DNA from: Octopus vulgaris
Lineage: Eukaryota
Reading direction: 5' to 3'
DNA length: 64,000 bases
NCBI GenBank assembly: GCA_951406725.2
Contig: OX597818.1
Coordinates: forward strand, 125,922,001 to 125,986,000
In this document: in pieces, positions 39,976 through 54,198 of the stretch
How the letters are laid out: each line of letters begins with the position of its first letter
How positions within the stretch are numbered: the stretch's first letter is position 1
Program-made: the position numbers and the translations under genes
The notes under the pieces: model-generated
Databases searched by the model: none
What the model was told of the DNA's origin: nothing
The model's input: only the letters and a program-made list of their open reading frames with translations

Positions 39976-40245
39976 TGGAAAATGAAGAAGGTGAAGATAA
40001 TGCTAATTATTGCTGGGTCCTTGGAGACAGTAGCAGAAGGAATCAATAGGAATATCAAGGAAATTGGAATAGAGTGTCCAGTAGAACTGTTACAAAAGAT
40101 GTGCCTCCTTGGCATGGCCAGAATAAACAAGAAAGTATTAGATGTTTGAAAAGAACGGAGAGCGTGGTACCGTAGGCTGCAGGTAGCAAGCCCGCTACGC
40201 GTGCAAGACTCCAGGACTTCCAACAAACTCTGTGATAAAAAGAAA
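39976..40245 (+). mobile_element. R4/Dong LINE 3' end inside a (TAA)/(TAC)n tract
   Basis: WKMKKVKIMLIIAGSLETV...VELLQKMCLLGMARINKKVLDV*, then a short UTR; triplet repeats on both sides. Confidence 0.8.
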
Positions 40246-40310
<65 letters not shown>

Positions 40311-40806
40311 ATACTACTAATTCTGGAATGATTTGGGGGCGCGCCGCTATACATTTCTCTCCATCTGACTTACGAACTTACGCAAATTTTTACCAATAAT
40401 ATACTATCGTTTATTGTTTTACTAAATTCAGCGTTTGCAATGTAGTTACGATAGGTAGTCATGAAGAATATTAATAGACTATATGTGGTTGAGACAGAAC
40501 ATGCCAATCAAGTCCTAAGGTTGACTCTACTGCTGCAAACAAAGAACCCACTGTTTTAAACATCTAAAACAATTTAAAAGTTTAATTCTTATTTTCTTGA
40601 ATTCACAATTTCTGTTAACGTTTACTTAACAGATGATTGTCGAAGATATTTGAATAGTATATCGTTGGAGTAAATCAATATGTTCCATGTTTAAAATATT
40701 TAGCTATACTCGTTAATGTACAGGACAAACCATTACTAGCTTTCTTGTATCCTATTGTTTACTGTTTACTATATTTTAATGAAATATATGTCAATGTATG
40801 AAATAC

Positions 40807-41040
<234 letters not shown>

Positions 41041-41069
41041 AAACTAATGGTGTGTGGAAATCAGTACGC

Positions 41070-41202
41070 TACCGTTTATTTCTGTCAAAATATTGAAGAC
41101 CTAATTGAACAAATTGATATTCCATACAAAGCTGGTGGCTAAAGATTGTTTATTGATTCTTCCACGAGACGCATGAAGCCAGTTGTTATTGCATAATGGA
41201 GC
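41070..41202 (+). pseudogene. DNA-transposase-like fragment
   Basis: VYFCQNIEDLIEQIDIPYKAGG*RLFIDSSTRRMKP(fs)LLHNG resembles the recalled WRLFIDSSKRSLKxVLLHNG transposase motif; superfamily uncertain. Confidence 0.6.
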
Positions 41203-41362
41203 ATCTGTAAATTCCATATAAACAGAATATTATTGTATAACTATTTTGAAGATATGAAAGTACGATAAAATAGCGTGAGAAAAATGTGAAAATGTTTTCT
41301 TTTGTGCTAATTTAACAGAGACAAGATACATACATACATATATGTATGTCTATATGTATATG

Positions 41363-41398
<36 letters not shown>

Positions 41399-41419
41399 TG
41401 TATGTATGTATGTATGTAT

Positions 41420-41497
<78 letters not shown>

Positions 41498-41619
41498 TTA
41501 ACTAATGAGGGTAGAAATTAATATTAATTAAATTAATATCAATTTAAGCCAGTGGCCTAGCATATTTTAAAAAAATCCAAAGATTCAGAAAATTATATCA
41601 CATACATTCCCCTTATATG

Positions 41620-41659
<40 letters not shown>

Positions 41660-42707
41660 CGTGTGTGTGCGCGCGTGTGTGTGTGTGTGGGGGTGTTAAT
41701 GTGTGAATGTTTGATGAATAAAATTGATAAATAAAAATTCATCAAATTTTTATTCCGGTCGACCTTTGGAGTAATGTGGTCCTAGGGACAGTATATAAAA
41801 TAGATAAATAAATAAAGGACTGAAATACTTTTTATCAGAGTTTAATTACCGCTGACTCGGAGCTAAATCACAACAGCAATAACAAAGAGGAGAGCAAGGA
41901 GAATAAGAACCTGTATCGCATGTTTTCCAGCCAAACTTTCTGCCCTTTTGGAACATACTCTTCAATAATGCCCTGTTACCATGCTACCTAGTAATGCCTT
42001 GTTATCATGCTATTCAATAATGCCACTGTTGCCCAAAACTCGTAGAGCTAATGGAAACAAATTTATAATTCATTTTATATTATCCTAGTCATGACTGGTA
42101 TCATCTTATCGAATCCGGATAAATTCGCGGATTAAGTCGAGCTTTATAGGATTTTAATTTATTAAGCAGAAGTTAGAAATTAATTGCTATATATTGAACA
42201 CAGATTTTCTTTTCATTACAATTCAGCTGTCTGAGTACCTAATACTCTTGCCTTGACATGAGCCCTCAGTTCCTTGATGAAGTCAAAAGGGCGCCCTTGT
42301 GACATGTGGTGTGTCATGGGCATTTTTAAACCTTGTGAAACCGATCCCTTTCCACGTCTGAACGCAGCGGATCTCCTCCAGAAACTGAAGTCAGACAGTT
42401 AGAAAAATGGCGTGAGAGAAAAAGAGACCCCAAAACGATGAAAGAGAAAACCTATCGATCCCAAAATGGTGAAATGAAATATTTGACTAGAAAACCTGAA
42501 TTATTCCTGCAAAGCAATTACAACGATAAACTAACGATGTTGCCAATCAATCGCTTTGAAACAACACTATATGAAACGAACTATAATTCACTGGTTTGTG
42601 GAACACACAAATGAAAACTCGCTCTTCATACCTTTATGTAGAGTATTCACGCACCTCCCTCTCTCTCTCTCTCTTTATCGCTTTCTCTCTTTTTCTGTCT
42701 CTCTCTA

Positions 42708-42739
<32 letters not shown>

Positions 42740-42740
<1 letters not shown>

Positions 42741-42932
42741 TTTTGTGTCTGCGTTTGTCGCCCTACCATCGCTTGAGAGCCAATGTTGGTGTGTTTATGT
42801 CCCCGTAACTTAGCGCAACTAGAATGAGTACTAGGCTTACAAAGAATAAGTCCTAGAGTCGATTTGCTCGACTAAAGACATTGTTCCAGCATGGCCGTAG
42901 TCAAATGACTGAAAAAAGTAGAAGAATAAAAG
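42740..42932 (+). mobile_element. SINE family A tail
   Basis: CCCCGTAACTTAGCG..GGCTTACAAAGAATAAGTCC..CCAGCATGGCCGTAGTCAAATGACTG. Confidence 0.85.
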
Positions 42933-43156
42933 TATGTGCGTGTGAGTGCGTGTGTATGGCATATACACGCATGTTTTTTTAACCATACAGTGTAAAGCTA
43001 TATACAATTATATAAATCGAAACTGTGGATGGAGCGGAAACATACAAAAGAACAATAGACACAAATAAAAGAGAGAAAAACTAATTTGGGTCGATATTTC
43101 TGTTCTGATTTCAGTTTAGATTAAAGAACGCATTACGTCATTTTATATGCCAACAT

Positions 43157-44000
43157 ATATATACAACTCTGTGTGTGTATGTATGTATGTATGTATGTAT
43201 GTATGTATGTATGTATGTATGTATGTATGTATGTATGTATGAATGTATGTATGTATGTAAGTATGTATGTATGTGTGTATGCATGTATGTATGTATGTAT
43301 GTGTGTATGTATGTATGTATGTATGTGTGTATGTATGTATGTATGCATGTATGTATGTATGCATATATGTATGTATGTATGAATGTATGTATGTACGTAT
43401 GTATGCATGTATGTATGTGTGTATGAATGATGTATGTATGTATGTATGTATGTATGTATGTATGTATGTATGTATGTATGTGTGTATGTATGTATGTATG
43501 TATGTATGGGTGGATGGACGGACTGATGGATGGATGTATAAATGTAAGTTAATAAGTCTGTATATATGTAGGTATGTTTATAAGTATGTATCTATATATA
43601 CATATATGTCAGTATGTATGTATGTATGAATGTATATATTATGTATATAAGTAAATACGTATGTATGTATGCATGTACCTACGTGTATATGTATATATGT
43701 AAGGAAGTATCTGTATATGCGTGTGTGTGCGTGTATATTTGTAAGTATGTATGCGTATATACATGCATGCATGTATGTATGCATATATGTGTGTGTATGT
43801 ATGCATATATGTGTGTGTATGTATATGTGCATGTATGTAAGTATGTGTATGTGTGTATGTATGCATGTATGTTATATATGTGTGTGTGTCAGTGTGTATA
43901 TGCATGTTTTTATGTATGTGTGTATGTATGGATGGATGTCTGTATGTGTGTTTGTGTATGTATGTATGTATGTATGTATGTATGTATGTATGTATGTATG
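43157..44000. repeat. Long degenerate (TATG)n array
   Basis: Directly visible. Confidence 0.97.
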
Positions 44001-44555
44001 GTTTAGGTTACGATCGTTGTATAGTTTGATGGTCTGGAATGCAGGAAGTAGGACGTGAAAGAAGAATGATGTGCAAGAATGTAAATGTTTGTCAGAATAA
44101 TATGTCAGAGTCATAAAATCAAAAGAGATAAGTCTTCAGCTAGGTGGAGTTCTCTTGAAATAGATGATGCCATTAAAAGAATTACCATTACAGTGTTGAC
44201 GTTCCTTGTCTAATTCTTTGTGTGCGCGTGCTGATTTAGTTGTAGGTACGTATGGGTATGTGAAAGGTTGTGTTTGTGTTGATATTACATAAGCTTGCTT
44301 GGAATGAATTTATAGTTACGCTTATAAAGTTGGGTTATAAGAATTAAATATTTAGAAGTACTAATTATAAACACATGCACACACCCCACACACACACGCA
44401 CGCATACACATACACACATACAGACACGCATACACGCGCGCTTACACAGGCATATATATGCATAGATGAAGAAGATAGATTTAGGCAATTAGTCACGTGT
44501 TTGTAATTAGTAATTTTTGTGTGTATATATGTACATACATGTATAGATATGTATG

Positions 44556-44588
<33 letters not shown>

Positions 44589-44929
44589 GTGTGTGTATGT
44601 GTGTGTGTGCGTGTATGTGTGTGTGTGTGCGTGCGTGTGTGGGCGTGCTTGCGTGTGTGTGTGTGTGAGTTTGTGTTTATATGTATATAGAAATGCATTG
44701 TCACATACTCACAAATGTAGATGTGTTTATTGAGTAACAGTTGACGCACTTCGTTCACAAAACTTTAATTAATGTTACAATATCTATTTCTCACTCTCTT
44801 TCTCTCTCTCTCTCTGTATATACACTCATACATACATACATACATACATACTTACATACATACATACATACATACATGCATACATACATACATACATACA
44901 TACATACATACATACATACATACATACAT

Positions 44930-44962
<33 letters not shown>

Positions 44963-47611
44963 TACATACATACATATTTCCATACATTCAATAACGTATT
45001 CTCTCTAAATAAAATGAAGGCAGATTCGGGCGTAAATATCCGATGGCTGTTGTTTTGTCATCCCTTTAGATGATGCGTATTCATTACACATACGATTCAC
45101 CTATATAAGGAAATTTTTAGACGCTGCGGTGTTTCAACCTTATTGTGTGTCTCCTCAGTCAAAGCTAACGATGAATCTGTCACAAATGATAAACTTTTGT
45201 TCATAGAAACCGGTAAACAAATCATTTGATGATGCGTGTTGATGTCAACTAAATCATTAGTAGTTTATAAGGTGGATGCAAAATAGTGATAATTTAAACA
45301 GTAACGTATCTATTTATCTTTTATATGTTTTGGCAGATTCGAATTTGAATAGCTGATCCCTATTCTTTTTCGTCATCGGACACTACTTTCTCAATTTAGA
45401 ACTTGTCTTTTCATTACACACGCCACCAGCTGGTGTAAAGTGGTTTTGAGGCAGTGCACATCAACAATTTATTTATTTAATTATTTATTTTTTGTGGGTT
45501 CCTTTAAGCAATAGCTTATACGAAATATGCAATACGTAGAAGAATTTATACGTAATATTCAATACAAAATAATACGCATGACTATGCCTTGTAAGAAGTC
45601 GTCCCCTGAAAATAGTTCTGTTCGAAGTATTTCAATTAATCATGTCCACTGGATATTAGATATCTCTGAAATGTGTGTACGTGTTTATAAAATATTGTTC
45701 TAAGTTATTTATCAGGTTAGTTACAGGCGATAGCATTCTAAGCGGTCTCAACTGAAATTAGAGTGCGCAGAGTTATCATCCTTACAATTTCTCGAAAAAA
45801 TAGCATTGGGTCGTATATACACTGTATTAACACAAGCTTATAAATGTTAGAAGAAAGTTTGTAATCCTTTTATTCAAAATTAATGTGATTTCTACCTTAT
45901 TCTTGTAATTCGAAAAAGCCGAAGAGCAAATTTAACCGTGTTGTGACTGAAATGTCAGTTCGTCATAGATCGTAGTTATTGATTTCTAACACAACAATTA
46001 TAGGTAAGTGATATAGCTGATGAAATCACACCCCACTCTTCCAGCAATTAGTGTCAACTATATTTTATCAACCCCGGGAAAATGAAAGGTGAAATTTTGC
46101 TTCATGACATTTGAACAACAGATGAGAATCAAGCGTAACTCAAAATTCCAAAAGTATTTACTTCAGAACTCCTCTATCATGAATGGTTCTAATATGATAA
46201 GGACGACAATATGAATTCTCTCTCGAGTACAAAGTTATGCTTTATAAGGCCAGATTATAGTTAATTGAACAGGGTGTAACCTTGGTAAACGTTGGAAGTA
46301 CTGAGAAGGAAAGAATCAAACTGAGCAATGTTGGAGATGATATGTAGTCGTTCACCCAGCAAGAAATAGTAACCAAATATCTCTCAAACCACACCCTACC
46401 GTCTTAAGGAGAGGGTATACAAGATAACGTAATTCGGACAATAACATGTCTAAAAAAGAAACATTGCATAGAATGCCTTTGATGATAGACCCGCTCGTCT
46501 AGGGCTGACCTAGGTTAAACAACTGTAGCTGCAGCAACAACAGCAACAACAACAATTACTACTACATAAATAAGTAATTCAAAGTATGTAATCTGGTGCT
46601 CTGGTGCTCTGTTGTCTCGAATACGCCAACGCCACAACTATAAAATAGTAAAACGAATGTCAAGAAAAATATCTAAAACATAAAGCGATAACATTTCCAT
46701 GTTATAAAATATTATTATTCACTGCCTGATAAATAAGTACATGTGTTTGCGAGAGATAAGGGAAAAAAATTAAAAGATACCTACTTTTTTTATTTTTGGA
46801 TCCCTTTATTTATCTGTATATTTATTTATTTTTTGTTAGTGCTGATTATTCATAAAAAGTTCATTGTATATGGTCAAACTTATGATTGTATCAAAAGAAG
46901 GAGCTAATGTTAGGAAAACGTTCAGTGATTGACGATAAGAATTGCACAATTGTGACGATAGACGTTGCGGTTGAAAATAAGATATGTACAAATTAACATT
47001 TGATCTTTATTATAACTAAGGGCATAACATGCTAACAGTCAAGTGACTGCAATAAACAACATGATACTATGGGAAAGCCTCTAAGTGGTTGCTAGATATG
47101 TTAGAAATACCAGTCATATCTAGCACAAATTATTAGTGACTTGGGTTAGGAATGTTCACGCACATTGCATAATGTAGTTCTGCATTGATAGAATAATCAC
47201 AGATGAGTTGTATTTAATCAGGAGTCCACTCAGCTAGGAGATGATTACTATACCCGACAGCAAACATATTGCAAACATAGAAAAATTTTAAACGCGGGTG
47301 TGGGTGGACATATACACGCATATATACTGAAATAGAGAACGAGGGACAAACTGGAAGAGAGAATAAGACAGGAAACTCTGAGTCTCGAAAGACTGGAGTA
47401 CCATCCCTGTAAAGTATTCTATTGTATACTTTGGCAACGCTTATAAACTCTTTCTATAGTCCTTAAAGCAAGAGAAGTATATATGTATATGTATACGCAT
47501 ATTGGTTGTTGTTCTATTGTTTTGAAATAATATGGATCATCTTGTGAATATGGTTTTTTTTAAAATTATGATGTAATAATAAGCCAACGACGGAAACAAA
47601 AAAGGCCTTCC

Positions 47612-47682
47612 AGTGCACATGAGACTCGAACCCAGACCTCTCTGCTTTCGTGACAAGAATACTACCATTACACTAGCGCACC
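47612..47682 (-). pseudogene. tRNA-like sequence (pseudo-tRNA) inside an inverted repeat
   Basis: GGTGCGC/GTGCACT acceptor stem, TAGTGTAATGGTAG A box, GGTTCGAGTC B box; anticodon loop CACGAAA is non-canonical. Confidence 0.6.
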
Positions 47683-47877
47683 AACCTTCTTAATTCCGTC
47701 TTAAAGCTTATAACGATTACTGCGCAATGTCGTTTCGAGTCCCACGTGCAGAGGAATACCTACATTTATCGGTCGAGGGCTTATGTGCCCCATTATTAGA
47801 CTATTTCCTATAGTCATCGCGCGGTGATCGCTATTAGCTTCAAGCTTATAAAATACTATTATTATTATTATATATTT

Positions 47878-49099
47878 ACAGGATTGTAAAAATTGACACT
47901 GCTTAACAAAAACCTTCGCAGTAATAAAGCATATGAAAGTTTGTTTACGAAAACAAACTACGAACTAATTATAGTTCTTAAATTTGACGGAATTGCGTAG
48001 GCTGGTGCACTTGTGTAATAGTAGCTTTCTTGTCGTGAAAACAAAGAGGTGTGGGTGCCAGATCTTTCGTCTGCAAAGTGTTAACGAGCTAGAGACTGAA
48101 GATGGAAACGTATCACTAGTATCAAAGCATAAAAGCATTCTAAATGCTCTGAAATCATCATAACATCTGAATTTATCCAGCAAGTTCAATAGACCATTGC
48201 TTACAATCCCAGAAAGTCCATGAGGTGAATTGCAAAAGATTTCCATGAGTCAGAAGGAACAGTCAGAAATGTTGTCCACGAAGACATCAGATATAAGTCT
48301 TATATGATGAGGAAAGGTTAATTTGTCAGAAAAAGCAAAAGAAAATCACAACATCAGATTTAAAAGGCTCTTAAACAAAGAGAAAAATCTAGCAGTAGAT
48401 TTGATTTGGTTTTTCTCAAACAAAAAATAAAACTTCGACCAAGATCAAAAAGTTAACAGAAGAAATGACAGACGCTGCGTGCATACGCTTCTGAAGTTCC
48501 AAGTGGTATGCCTACATAATTTCCTGCAACTGTCATGGTTTTAGGGGTTGTCAGCCATGAAGGACATGTCATGCCTCCTTACTTCTTTCCACAAGGCTTT
48601 AGAATTAACTTTGCCGCCTGCATTGAGGTCCTTGAAATAATTATTAAGCCCTGGATAGAAAGTGTATGCTATGGAAGGCCATATGTGTTTCAGTAAGCAC
48701 TATCACATATGGCTCTAGTAACACTGGAATGAATAGCTGAAAATTTTCCTCATCACATAACCCCTAACATTTGGCCTCCTGATTTCCCAGATCTCATGTG
48801 TACTGCTGTTGAGAGAGAGGTCAATGAACACGCCCATAACATCAAAGATTCTTTGAAAACTGCCATAGCCAAAATAATGCCCAAATTAACCACGACCACT
48901 TGATTCGAGCATGTAGATGATTTAGATCTCATATAGAAGCAATTAGTGAAGCTGAAGTGGCTTTATTGAATAGCATTATAGAAAAGAAGGTTTATTTTTA
49001 TCGTCATTTTTTGATAAATAAAGATATTATCTATCATTATATATCTGGGTTTTTTTTAATAAATATAAATCAGTCCTCGAATATCTTACGCACCCTGTA
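47878..49099 (+). mobile_element. Decayed DD37D/maT-like transposon
   Basis: FPATVMVLGVVSHEGHVMPPYFFPQG..KPWIESVCYGRPYVFQ..WPPDFPDL; right end CACCCTGTA; left boundary uncertain. Confidence 0.8.
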
Positions 49100-49381
49100 A
49101 ATATAGTAAAATAAGGATTCAGATACACTGAGGTACTTGTTGGCCTCGACAGACTTCAGCTACATTCCTGCTGTATTGTTGGGATATTCTTTTGTTTGTA
49201 AAATTACTTCTCGTCTGATTACGGTCTATTGCAATGCAGCAATGTTCTCATTCTTCTATTAAAAAGTTATGTAAGAAACATTTGTAATGACCTGACAATT
49301 ATCCATCGTATGTTATTATTCATATACATATGTATATATATGTATATATATATATATGTCTATATATATATATATATATAC

Positions 49382-49483
<102 letters not shown>

Positions 49484-49503
49484 ATATATGTATGTATATA
49501 TGC

Positions 49504-49555
<52 letters not shown>

Positions 49556-49994
49556 GCATATATATATATATATATTTGTTTATATGATATATAATTAAAT
49601 ACCTTACAAATGTACAAATATTTGAATACATCAGAATATGTGTGTGTAACTGTGTGTGTGTGCATGTGTATGTATGCGTGTGTATGTTTGTAGATGCGTA
49701 GCTAAATTATTCGAGGTTCTTTCTAAATGCAGTGGCTATATAATAGTTATACGACTTTAAAAATTTGATACAAGCACGTATACATGAAGCAATATATTTC
49801 GCCTACTTTCCAAATTTTCTTACAGTTGATATTTTTCGCAGAGAACGCTTTATTCTAAACTATTTCTGAAAATTACAGACAACAGATTTTCATGTTAAGT
49901 AGTTTTGTCATTAATTTGTACCCCATGCTGTCAAACTTGCCATTGGAAAATATTCGTAATGTATGATTTTATTAATTAACTCATCTAAAACTCG

Positions 49995-50160
49995 GCGTGC
50001 TTAACGGTATTTATTTTGGTTTTACATCCCGAGTTCAAATTCTACCATGGTCGACTTCGCTTTTCATCCTTTTGGGGTCGGTAAAATAAGCACCAGTCAA
50101 GCACAGGGATCGGCGTAACCCACTATCTCAACTCCCCACAAATATTAAACCTTCTGCCTT
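49995..50160 (+). mobile_element. SINE family B
   Basis: GAGTTCAAATTC..GGTCGACTTCGCTTTTCATCCTTTTGGGGTCG. Confidence 0.8.
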
Positions 50161-50413
50161 TGAATACAAAAAAAAAATGAATTAACTCATCTATATAGTG
50201 CTACTAGAAGCTTTAAAATGCTCAACTATATTTAGGCATTGGTTTAGCTAGGCGTGGAACCCTAATGAGAAATGGTGGTGATAGATGGGAGAAGATTGAA
50301 ATAGAAAATATACAACTATCTTTGTATTCGGGAATGTAGAATAAAATTATGACGGGATTCTCATCTTCCACTTAGATAGGAAGTGATTTGTTGTCAGGTT
50401 AATAATCTGAAGG

Positions 50414-50483
<70 letters not shown>

Positions 50484-50504
50484 CATTATTATTATTATTA
50501 TTAC

Positions 50505-50574
<70 letters not shown>

Positions 50575-50575
50575 T
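50414..50575. repeat. (ATT)n microsatellite
   Basis: Directly visible. Confidence 0.98.
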
Positions 50576-51273
50576 TAATTTTTTTTGTAGTAAAGTCTGT
50601 TGAATGAAAATTTGTTGGCGTATACATCTATATACACGTATAACAAAGTTTGGATTTTAAATTTAGTCTTAATTATATTAAGTTGTGGAACGTACATTTT
50701 CCTGTAAGTAAGACCGCCCCATGGTCTCAGCAGACAAAATGGGAAATGTGCTGCCTCGGAGGATGGCGAGGGAAAGGCAGAACAATGTTCTAGAAACTAC
50801 TTATGCGCAGTATTTTAGCTTTGAATATGGCATGTTATGCCGAAATATCAAGTGCAGAGACATTATTTCACACTAATCTTTAGCTTTTGGCTTTATTAAC
50901 TTATTTAACGCACATACACGTATGCATTCAGCAACATACACACATATATACGTACACACAGACATATACACACACAACACATACACTTAAATACTTGTAG
51001 ATGCATGCACATACATACTCATACACTTATACATACATACACACACAGACCGATGCAAACAGAAAGACACACATACACACACACACGCACACACATACAC
51101 TCACGCGCAAACACGCTCGCGCGCGCAGGCTTCGCTTTGTATATAGAATGAGGTGATATATGCTACCACATATTTAATGTAACAAATTTATACATAAATA
51201 CATCTACCTATGTATCCATTCATCTATATATGAATGTTCGTATGTACGAATAAATATACATGTACATAGACAT

Positions 51274-51330
<57 letters not shown>

Positions 51331-51808
51331 TACGTAAATGTATACCTGGAAGAATGTTCCCTATACACAATTTAAACTTATTCTCAGTGTATATACGATA
51401 ACATCACTTTGTTTATCAATGTTTAAAAGCTTTCAGCCCAGTATAGACAGAGTGATCTCCCTAACAACAGAATGTCTTTTTGTTATTTCACGAACAAAAA
51501 TATTCCAAACGTCACGTCTATTTTGTAAATGTTGTTTCCTAAAATTAACACTGTTATCACAAGATTGTATATATGCATGTACGTGTGCGTATACACGCGT
51601 GTGTACGCGTGTGTATATATGTGTATATGTGTATATGTATACATATATGTATATATATATATATATATTAAAAGGGAAAATATATATATATATGTTTATA
51701 TATATATACTAAAAGGGAGATCTCAGTAAAAACACAGCACTTGAAAGGCAAACACAGACAGGTAAGAAAGAATGAGATGACGGCAATCTATCATACAATT
51801 TTAAGTTA

Positions 51809-51899
51809 CCTACGGACGTACGTTTCGAAATCAAGTTTTAGGAAACATAAAAATTAGAAAATTCTACCTTACCCAAACTTCTTTTCTCGTCGGCGTAGG
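51809..51899 (-). ncRNA. Type I hammerhead with CCGACGA core variant
   Basis: CCTACG-CCGACGA-GAAA..TTTC-GAAAC-GTAC-GTC-CGTAGG. Confidence 0.8.
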
Positions 51900-51983
51900 A
51901 TACTACAATTATGAATAATTGTATATTAAATTTTGAGATACTATCTCAAAATTTAATATACAATTATTCATAATTGAAGTTAT

Positions 51984-52072
51984 CCTACGCCGACGAGAAA
52001 AGAAGTTTGTAAGGTAGAATTTTCTAATTATGCTTTCCTAAAACTTGATTTCGAAACGTAGCCGTCCGTAGG
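51984..52072 (+). ncRNA. Type I hammerhead with CCGACGA core variant
   Basis: CCTACG-CCGACGA-GAAA..TTTC-GAAAC-GTAGCC-GTC-CGTAGG. Confidence 0.8.
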
Positions 52073-52132
52073 TAACTTAAAATTGTATGATATATATATA
52101 TATATATATATTTCACCCTTTATTGTTACTGA

Positions 52133-52205
<73 letters not shown>

Positions 52206-52350
52206 ATTCCGTTGAATTAGGTACTTAAATTGAGGCACCTCATGCTTCGAGAGTTATGACAACAAAAACAATGTAAATACTTTGAGTTCCATTATTGATG
52301 TGAGTATGTTAAAACAGTGGTTTTATCCCTTATGTTTGAAGTCTATGTGG

Positions 52351-52418
52351 TCATCTGATGAGAACGGCTTATGTTTTTAGTAATCAATCAAAGAAGTTGC
52401 TTGAAACGGCGGTAAGGA
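52351..52418 (+). ncRNA. Type I hammerhead, mildly decayed
   Basis: TCAT-CTGATGA-GAACGGCTT..AAGTTGCTT-GAAAC-GGCG-GTA-AGGA. Confidence 0.7.
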
Positions 52419-52497
52419 ATCGACACTTGTATATATTCGATACTCATTTATATGTATGTGTAGACGGAAACTGAAAGTATCCCGTCGTATGAATATA

Positions 52498-52656
<159 letters not shown>

Positions 52657-52659
52657 GTT

Positions 52660-53770
52660 CTCTGAATTTTCACCGATGGAATGTGCGCGCACTTGATAAT
52701 TTCAACAATAAGCCAGAAAAGCGTTCTGCATTTGTGGGCTTAAAAATATTCCCTTGATATAGTTGCACTCTCTGTAACTCGTCCGTCTGGTGAGGGTCAA
52801 ATAAATGAACCTACTTATGGATATACTATCTTTTGGAGAGTCTGGTGTTGGGTTTGCTCTCAAGAATTCTGTAGTATCCTCCATTGCAGAATTCCCAAGT
52901 GGTATATCTGAACGAACCATGTCATGCCGTATAAAACTGACAAAAGGTAGGTGTCTTACCGTTGTCAGTATTTATTCACCAACAATGTCTCATTCTGATG
53001 AAACTGCAGGACAGTTTTATGATGACCAAGCACATGATATGAAAGATGTTTCTAGTGTTCGGGCCATGACAGAGGCAGAGAGCTGGACTGACCATTGTCT
53101 AGTGCGTGGAAATATGAATTTTTCCATAATGCCTAAAAGTTGTTAGTCTGGCTCTAAGGTACCCAAAAAGTCAAATGCTGTAAAACTTTAAATTCTCAAC
53201 CAACTTGCAAATATTCTACGATGCTATAGAAAATATCAATCTAGACCCAAACAATCTATGGGAAGATTTCAAAATAAAAGTATTTCAGCTTGCAAGATCG
53301 TCAGTGGGATATAAATCGCGTAAATCCAGTGACTGCTTCTCAGATAAATCAGCAGAAATTCATGATCTACTTTTAGGAAAACAAAACTTAGGTAATACAC
53401 TTCTTTCTCAATCCTTGAACCCCCAACTCAAACGAAACTCACAGAAAGTTGAAAGGGAAATTGCAAACTGCTCTAAGGAAAATTGAATAGGAATCGTGGA
53501 ATGATAGAGCAAAAGGGACACAAGAAGCAGCTGATAGAAATTACGTCAAGTCTTTGTACTCTTATGTTAAAATCTTCTTCAATAGCTCCAGTGGGAACAG
53601 GAAATGGACGTTTGATTCTGACTGACTCTGCTTCTATTCATAATCGCTGGGTAGAACATTTTCTGCACTTTTGAATAGATCATCATCCGCTGACGTAAGG
53701 ATGATAAAAAATATTGAACACCTTCCTGCTATAGAAGAGATATCATCTGAACAAACTCTAAATGACACTC
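52660..53770 (+). pseudogene. RTE-clade LINE endonuclease region, decayed
   Basis: WNVRAL, SGVGFALKNS, GISERTMSCR, VVSIYSPT, FYDD, WTDHCLV, RWVEHF spread across frameshifts. Confidence 0.85.
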
Positions 53771-53874
53771 AATATGTCTACACTAAATATATCTATTTCC
53801 AAGCCTTTAAGCGTTATTCCTATTCACCTATCACTCTATATCTCTCCACTATTATTTTCCTGCTAATTTCTGTC

Positions 53875-53962
53875 TTTCCCTGATGAGAAGATTGCATTGT
53901 TTTACACCATTTTATTCCTTCTGGAATAATACCAATATATTTTTCGAAACATATGTCGGAAA
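53875..53962 (+). ncRNA. Type I hammerhead, intact core
   Basis: TTTCC-CTGATGA-GAAGAT..ATTTTTC-GAAAC-ATAT-GTC-GGAAA; preceded by a pyrimidine-rich tract, followed by AATAAA and (TA)n. Confidence 0.88.
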
Positions 53963-53994
53963 TAAAATGATTTGAATAACACCTGCGTTTAACC

Positions 53995-54056
<62 letters not shown>

Positions 54057-54064
54057 ATACATAC

Positions 54065-54198
<134 letters not shown>

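Larger units (their letters stand above)
51789..52092. mobile_element. 304 bp near-perfect palindrome carrying two divergent HHRs
   Basis: Centre GAGATA-C-TATCTC at 51941; 35 bp perfect inner arms; ends at a (TA)n tract. Confidence 0.95.

Noticed and set aside
47612-47682. Functional tRNA-Ser(CGA)
   Set aside because: Lacks U33 and the long variable arm, has weak D and T stems, and lies in an inverted repeat; kept only as a pseudo-tRNA
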